DNA of 32,000 bases from Pseudomonas aeruginosa (lineage in GTDB: Bacteria > Pseudomonadota > Gammaproteobacteria > Pseudomonadales > Pseudomonadaceae), in the NCBI RefSeq assembly GCF_001457615.1, contig NZ_LN831024.1, positions 2,190,001-2,222,000 on the forward strand, in the 5' to 3' direction. Below are positions 27,586 through 32,000 of this stretch, one piece after another. The position numbers and the translations under genes are program-made. Position 1 is the first letter of the stretch, and each line of letters begins with the position of its first letter. The notes below the pieces were generated by a model that had not been told where the DNA came from, searched no databases, and saw only the letters and a program-made list of their open reading frames with translations.

Positions 27586-28539
27586 GTGAAACTCCACCAG
27601 TTGCAAGCCCTGGTCGCCAGTGCCGACGCCGGCGGCATCCGCGCCGCCGCCCGCGTCCTGGGGATTTCCCAGGCGGCCGTGACCCGCGCGCTGCGCGAAC
27701 TGGAAACCGAACAGCATCTGCCGCTGTTCGTCCGCACGCCCAGCGGCCTGACCTTCACCGAATACGGCAAGGCGCTGCTGATCCACGCCCGGCTGGTGCT
27801 CAAGCAACTGGAGCACGCGCAGGTCGAACTCGACCACCTGCGTGGCCAGGCCAGCGGCCGGCTGTGCATCGGGGTGACGCCTTGGGTGGCGCTGACCTTC
27901 CTCTCGGAGGCGGTGCAGGCGTTCCGCGAGCGCATGCCGGAGGTGCACCTGGAGCTTTTCGAAAGCCTGATGGCGGTGGCCCAGCCATTGCTTCGCGACG
28001 GCAGCATGGATTTCGCCATCGGCCCGCTGCACGGCGCCCAGGCGGCCCAGGAATTCGCCTGCGAGAAGCTGCTCGACTACGACACCGCGGTGCTGGTCCG
28101 CCAGGGGCATCCGCTGGCGGGTTGCGGCTCGATCCACGAGCTGCTGGAACAGGACTGGGCGTTGAACTACACCGGCGACGGCCACGACGCCCTGATGCGC
28201 GAGCTGTTCTGGCGCCACGGTGCCTTGATCGACGAGCGGCGCATCGTCCGCGCGCACTCCGTGGCGATCCTGCAGACCCTGGTGGAGCAGGCCGACATGT
28301 GCACCTGGGTGCCGGCGATCATCGGCGCCGCCCCGCCGTTGCTCGGCCGGGTGGTGCCGCTGGCGCTGCGGGAAACCTTCGAGCCACGACGGCTGGGCAT
28401 CATCACCCGGCGCGGCGGAGCCCTCAGCAATCCGGCGCAATGTTTCGTCGAGTGCCTGCTGCAGGTGATCCGCCGCCACGCCCGCTCGGCGAAGAAGGAT
28501 GACCGGCGCCTGTTCGAAACCCTGCGCCTGCTAGTCTGA
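27586..28539 (+). CDS. LysR-family regulator, divergent from the M20/his-like operon
   Basis: VKLHQLQALVASADAGGIRAAARVLGISQAAVTRALRELETEQHLPLFVRTPSGLTFTEYGKALL; GTG start preferred over ATG 27544 because the upstream ATG overlaps the palindrome. Confidence 0.88.
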   Translation: MKLHQLQALVASADAGGIRAAARVLGISQAAVTRALRELETEQHLPLFVRTPSGLTFTEYGKALLIHARLVLKQLEHAQVELDHLRGQASGRLCIGVTPWVALTFLSEAVQAFRERMPEVHLELFESLMAVAQPLLRDGSMDFAIGPLHGAQAAQEFACEKLLDYDTAVLVRQGHPLAGCGSIHELLEQDWALNYTGDGHDALMRELFWRHGALIDERRIVRAHSVAILQTLVEQADMCTWVPAIIGAAPPLLGRVVPLALRETFEPRRLGIITRRGGALSNPAQCFVECLLQVIRRHARSAKKDDRRLFETLRLLV

Positions 28540-28566
28540 TTCCTACTGGCACGGACGTACGGTCGC

Positions 28567-28593
28567 TCAAGATCGGTCGTGCTGCGACCGATA
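28567..28593 (+). promoter_or_regulatory. Sigma-28 (FliA)-like promoter for the chemotaxis transducer
   Basis: TCAAG-N15-ACCGATA, about 30 bp upstream of ATG 28624. Confidence 0.6.
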
Positions 28594-28623
28594 GCCTGGA
28601 AAGCCACGAGCGAGGATGCCGGC

Positions 28624-30261
28624 ATGCTGCAATGGTTCGCTAACCTGTCGTTCCGCAGGAAAATCGCTCTGCCGATCCTCCTGCTGGCGGTGCTTCTGCT
28701 GCTGGTGGGCGCGCTCGGCGTGCATGGCATCGCCCAGCTGAACGAATCCAACCAGCGCCTGGGCAAGCGTTTTCTCCCCGGCATCGCCCTGCTGCTCAAC
28801 GCCGACCGCGATCTCTACCAGGCCTTCGTCGCCGAGCGCAGCCTGCTCGAGGGCCACCTGAGCGCCGAGCAGATCGCCGGCCTGAGGAACGATCACGCGG
28901 AAAACCTGCAGCAGGCCCTGGATCGGGTGCGCCAGTACGCGGCGATGCAGCCGGGCGAGGCGGAACTGGCCAAGGTCGCCGAGTTCGAGCGCGGCTATGC
29001 CCTCTGGAGCGCGACCTCGGCGCGGGTGCTGAGCCTGGCGGCCAGCGATCCGAGCGCTGCGGCGCAGCTCAGCTACGGTGACAGCGATCGCCAGTTCGGG
29101 GCGATGCGCGAGGTGATCAACCAGCTCGACGAGATGGAAGAGGCGGCCGCGGCCGCTGACGGCGAGGCGTCCTCCGCGCTGGGCGAGCGCCACCGCTGGC
29201 AGCAGGTGGCGCTGGTGGCGTTCGGCCTGCTGGTGTGCCTGTCGCTGGTGCTGGTGTTCCCCGGCCTGGTGACCCGTCCGTTGCAGCGTCTGCTGCAACG
29301 CCTGGAAGAGATCGCCAACGGCGATGGCGACCTGCGCGTGCGCCTGGAGGTCACTTCGCGCGACGAACCCGGCCGCCTCGGCAGCGCCTTCAACGCCTTC
29401 CTCGACAAGTTGCAGCCGCTGATCCGCGAGGTCGGCCGGGTCACCGGCGAGGTCGCCGATTCCGCCGGTTCGCTGGCCGGCATGACCGCCGCCAACGATC
29501 GTCTGATCAACAGCGAGCACGCATCGGTGGACCAGGTCAGCACCGCCGCGACGCAGATGAGCAGCGCCGTCCACGAGGTGGCGCGCAATGCCCAGAGCGC
29601 CGCGCAGGTGGCCGATGACGCCCGCCGGCAGGCGCGCGAGGGCGCCAACGTGGTGGAAGCGACCATCGAGGTGATCCGCCAGTTGGCGCAGGAAGTGGAG
29701 AGCAGTTCCGAGAGCATCCAGCAACTGGCCCAGGAAACCGCCAGCATCGACGCGGTGCTGACGGTGATCAAGGGCATCGCCGAACAGACCAACCTGCTCG
29801 CCCTCAACGCCGCCATCGAAGCCGCGCGGGCCGGCGAGCAGGGTCGCGGTTTCGCCGTGGTGGCCGACGAGGTGCGGGCGCTTGCGGCGCGCACCCAGGA
29901 TTCGACCAAGGACATCCAGGCGCGCATCGAGCGCCTCCAGGCCGGGGTGCAGAACGCCGTGCGGGCCATGCAGTCGGGCAGTCTCAAGGCGCGCGACAGC
30001 GTCGAGCGCGCCGCCGGGGTCGACGGCGTGCTGGCCGCCACCGGCGACGCGGTGGGGCGGATCAACGACCTCGCCGCGCAGATCGCCTCGGCCTGCGAGG
30101 AGCAGAGCCGGGTAATCGACGAAATCGCCCGCAACATCAGCGAGGTGCGCGAGCTTTCCGCCCAGGCGGCGGAACATTCGGAGCAGGGTACCGGGGCCAG
30201 CCGCCGGCTGTCCGAGCTGTCCTCGGAACTGGCGCGGCTGGTCGGCCGTTTCCGCGTCTGA
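28624..30261 (+). CDS. Methyl-accepting chemotaxis protein (TM - periplasmic helical domain - TM - HAMP - MCP signalling)
   Basis: [30 protein letters not shown]; [28 protein letters not shown]; signalling tip [50 protein letters not shown]. Confidence 0.95.
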   Translation: MLQWFANLSFRRKIALPILLLAVLLLLVGALGVHGIAQLNESNQRLGKRFLPGIALLLNADRDLYQAFVAERSLLEGHLSAEQIAGLRNDHAENLQQALDRVRQYAAMQPGEAELAKVAEFERGYALWSATSARVLSLAASDPSAAAQLSYGDSDRQFGAMREVINQLDEMEEAAAAADGEASSALGERHRWQQVALVAFGLLVCLSLVLVFPGLVTRPLQRLLQRLEEIANGDGDLRVRLEVTSRDEPGRLGSAFNAFLDKLQPLIREVGRVTGEVADSAGSLAGMTAANDRLINSEHASVDQVSTAATQMSSAVHEVARNAQSAAQVADDARRQAREGANVVEATIEVIRQLAQEVESSSESIQQLAQETASIDAVLTVIKGIAEQTNLLALNAAIEAARAGEQGRGFAVVADEVRALAARTQDSTKDIQARIERLQAGVQNAVRAMQSGSLKARDSVERAAGVDGVLAATGDAVGRINDLAAQIASACEEQSRVIDEIARNISEVRELSAQAAEHSEQGTGASRRLSELSSELARLVGRFRV

Positions 30262-30272
30262 AGCGCCGCCGC

Positions 30273-30530
30273 CTAGCGCGGCGCCAGCCAGATCGCCACG
30301 CCTGCCAGTGCCGCCGGGACCAGGAAGACCAGCAGCAGGATCGGCAGTTCTTCGCGCAAGCCGTAGCCGGCGTGCTGGACGCCGACCCACAGGTTGACCA
30401 GCGCGACGGCCAGCCAGGTCGGCAGGAACAGGCCGGCAGCGAGCGCCGGCCCGGCATCCCAGAGTTTGCCGAAGAGCAGGAACAGGCCGAGCAGGACGAT
30501 GCCGCCGGCGATTACCAGGGTCACGTGCAT
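30273..30530 (-). CDS. Small hypothetical integral membrane protein (85 aa)
   Basis: MHVTLVIAGGIVLLGLFLLFGKLWDAGPALAAGLFLPTWLAVALVNLWVGVQHAGYGLREELPILLLVFLVPAALAGVAIWLAPR. Confidence 0.75.
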   Translation of the reverse strand: MHVTLVIAGGIVLLGLFLLFGKLWDAGPALAAGLFLPTWLAVALVNLWVGVQHAGYGLREELPILLLVFLVPAALAGVAIWLAPR

Positions 30531-30580
30531 GAAGGGTTTCCGCAGGCAGGCAGCGACCGCCGTGGCGGCCGCTGCGTGGC

Positions 30581-31354
30581 TCACTTGGTGGAGAAGCCGC
30601 CATTGATGAGGATGGTCTGGCCGGTGATCCACCAGCCTTCGCTGACCAGGTGGCGGATGAACGGCACCACGTCGTCGATGTCGGTCAGGCCGGTTTTGGA
30701 GAACGGCGACAAGGCCGCGGCGTTCTTCAGGTAGTCCACCGCATCGGCACCTTCGGCGGGGTAGAAGAAGGGCGTGTCCATGGGGCCCGGGCCGACCGCG
30801 GTGACCGAGATGCCGCGCGCGCCGAACTCCTTGGAAGCGGCACGGGTGAAGTGCTCCACCGGCGCCTTGGTGCCGGCATAGGCGGCGTAGTACGGGGTAT
30901 AGGCGCCAAGCAGGGAGGTCACCAGGGTGCAGATCTTGCCGTTGTCGTTGACGTGCTTGCCGGCTTCGCGCAGGAAGAAGAACGCAGACTTGGAATTGAC
31001 CGCGCTCATCTCGTCGTATTCGGTCTCGCTGATCTCGGTGATGGGTTTCTTCAGCACCTTGCCGACGGTGTTGATGGCGATGTCCGGCTTGCCCACCGCG
31101 GCGATGGCGTCGGCGAACAGCTTTTCCATGGCCGCGGCGCTGGTGAGATCGCCCTGCAGCGCTACCGCCTTGGCTCCGGCTGCCTGCAGCGCGGCGACGG
31201 TGGCGTCGGCATCGGCCTTGCTCGCGGCGCTGTTGTAGTGGATGGCGATCGCCTTCGCGCCGTGGGCGGCGAGATCACGGGCGATCAGCCCGCCCAGGTT
31301 CTTGGCGCCGCCGGTGATGAGGACGGTCTTGCCTTTGATGGAGTGGTCGACCAT
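30581..31354 (-). CDS. Short-chain dehydrogenase/reductase
   Basis: KTVLITGGAKNLGGLIARDLAAHGAKAIAIHY; YYAAYAGTKAPVEHFTRAASKEFGARGISVTAVGPGPMDTPFF; WWITGQTILINGGFSTK. Confidence 0.94.
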   Translation of the reverse strand: MVDHSIKGKTVLITGGAKNLGGLIARDLAAHGAKAIAIHYNSAASKADADATVAALQAAGAKAVALQGDLTSAAAMEKLFADAIAAVGKPDIAINTVGKVLKKPITEISETEYDEMSAVNSKSAFFFLREAGKHVNDNGKICTLVTSLLGAYTPYYAAYAGTKAPVEHFTRAASKEFGARGISVTAVGPGPMDTPFFYPAEGADAVDYLKNAAALSPFSKTGLTDIDDVVPFIRHLVSEGWWITGQTILINGGFSTK

Positions 31355-31563
31355 GGGGTGTTTCTCCTGCGGTGAGTGGAGAACCCAGTCTAGGGAGGGC
31401 GGCCTTGCGGAGTAATCGCGGCGGCCTGGATAGATTGTCCAGAAACGCCGATCAATTCCCGCCTCCGGAGGAGCGCAGCCGCCTGCACGAATCTTCTAGA
31501 ACCCCGGACGGGCGCGTTATAGTCGCGGCGACGAAACCAACGAGTGGGAAGACCTGACGCACG

Positions 31564-32000
31564 ATGGGCAGCCGAGACTGGATCGACCTGGCCCGCGACG
31601 CCGAGACCGGGATCGAGACCCTGCGCGCCCATTTCGAGGGCCACGCCTACGATCCGCACTGGCACGACAGCTACCTGATCGGCTACACCGAGATCGGCGT
31701 GCAGCAATTCAACTGCCGCCGACGCCGACACGACAGCACCGCCGGCCAGGTATTCCTGGTCGAACCGGGGGAGATCCACGACGGTCGCGCGCCGATCGCC
31801 GGCGGCTTCACCTACTCGATGCTGTACCTGCAGCCGGACTGGCTGCGGCGCGAACTGCGGGCGACCTTCGACGATGCGCCCAGCGACCGCGACCCCGGCT
31901 TCCACGCCAACCTCACCGAAGACCCGCGCCTGACCCTGGCCATCGCCCAGGCCTTCCGCGTCCTGCATGGCCGCGAGCTGCGACTGCTGCGGCAGACCGC
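31564..32000 (+). CDS. AraC-family regulator with AraC-type cupin N-terminus (3' end outside window)
   Basis: MGSRDWIDLARDAETGIETLRAHFEGHAYDPHWHDSYLIGYTEIGVQQFNCRRRRHDSTAGQVFLVEPGEIHDG; divergent from the SDR gene. Confidence 0.88.
   Translation, partial: MGSRDWIDLARDAETGIETLRAHFEGHAYDPHWHDSYLIGYTEIGVQQFNCRRRRHDSTAGQVFLVEPGEIHDGRAPIAGGFTYSMLYLQPDWLRRELRATFDDAPSDRDPGFHANLTEDPRLTLAIAQAFRVLHGRELRLLRQT

Noticed and set aside
25435-28479. 1014-aa minus-strand ORF
   Set aside because: Only the C-terminal 261 aa (HisJ-like, from ATG 26220) is real; the rest is out-of-frame readthrough antisense or shifted relative to the M20 and LysR genes.
28567-30603. 678-aa minus-strand ORF antisense to the chemoreceptor
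   Set aside because: Overlaps a clear MCP; no supporting motif.

Overview
This 32 kb high-GC window matches the Pseudomonas aeruginosa core chromosome. Gene order and products suggest the PA2945-PA2917 neighbourhood, recognised from memory and not from a database search. I support about 29 protein-coding genes. They include cobW (3' end) and cobN; a class I DAHP synthase; ChlI-like and VWA/ChlD-like chelatase subunits; a thiolase; the secreted aminopeptidase PaAP; an NCS2 purine/uracil permease; cytochrome b561; the cif-MFS-morB operon with divergent cifR; a LysR/LysE pair; a TM protein with a possible beta-propeller; and an alpha/beta hydrolase. They also include a hisJQMP-like ABC operon with an M20 amidohydrolase, a LysR regulator, a chemotaxis transducer, an SDR and a partial AraC regulator. 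I found no mobile element, CRISPR array, rRNA or tRNA. The most interesting non-textbook signal lies on the minus strand upstream of the DAHP synthase. It is a 43-aa ORF with an RBS that encodes an aromatic run (Tyr-Phe-Phe-Gly-Tyr-Trp-Phe), followed by a competing stem, a perfect GC-rich hairpin with a U-tract, and a second aromatic-rich mini-ORF. It looks like a ribosome-mediated aromatic amino acid attenuator. Other unannotated signals are a decayed GNAT acetyltransferase fragment, a sigma-28-like promoter with an embedded palindrome before the chemotaxis gene, the CifR-type inverted repeats, and several operator-like palindromes.
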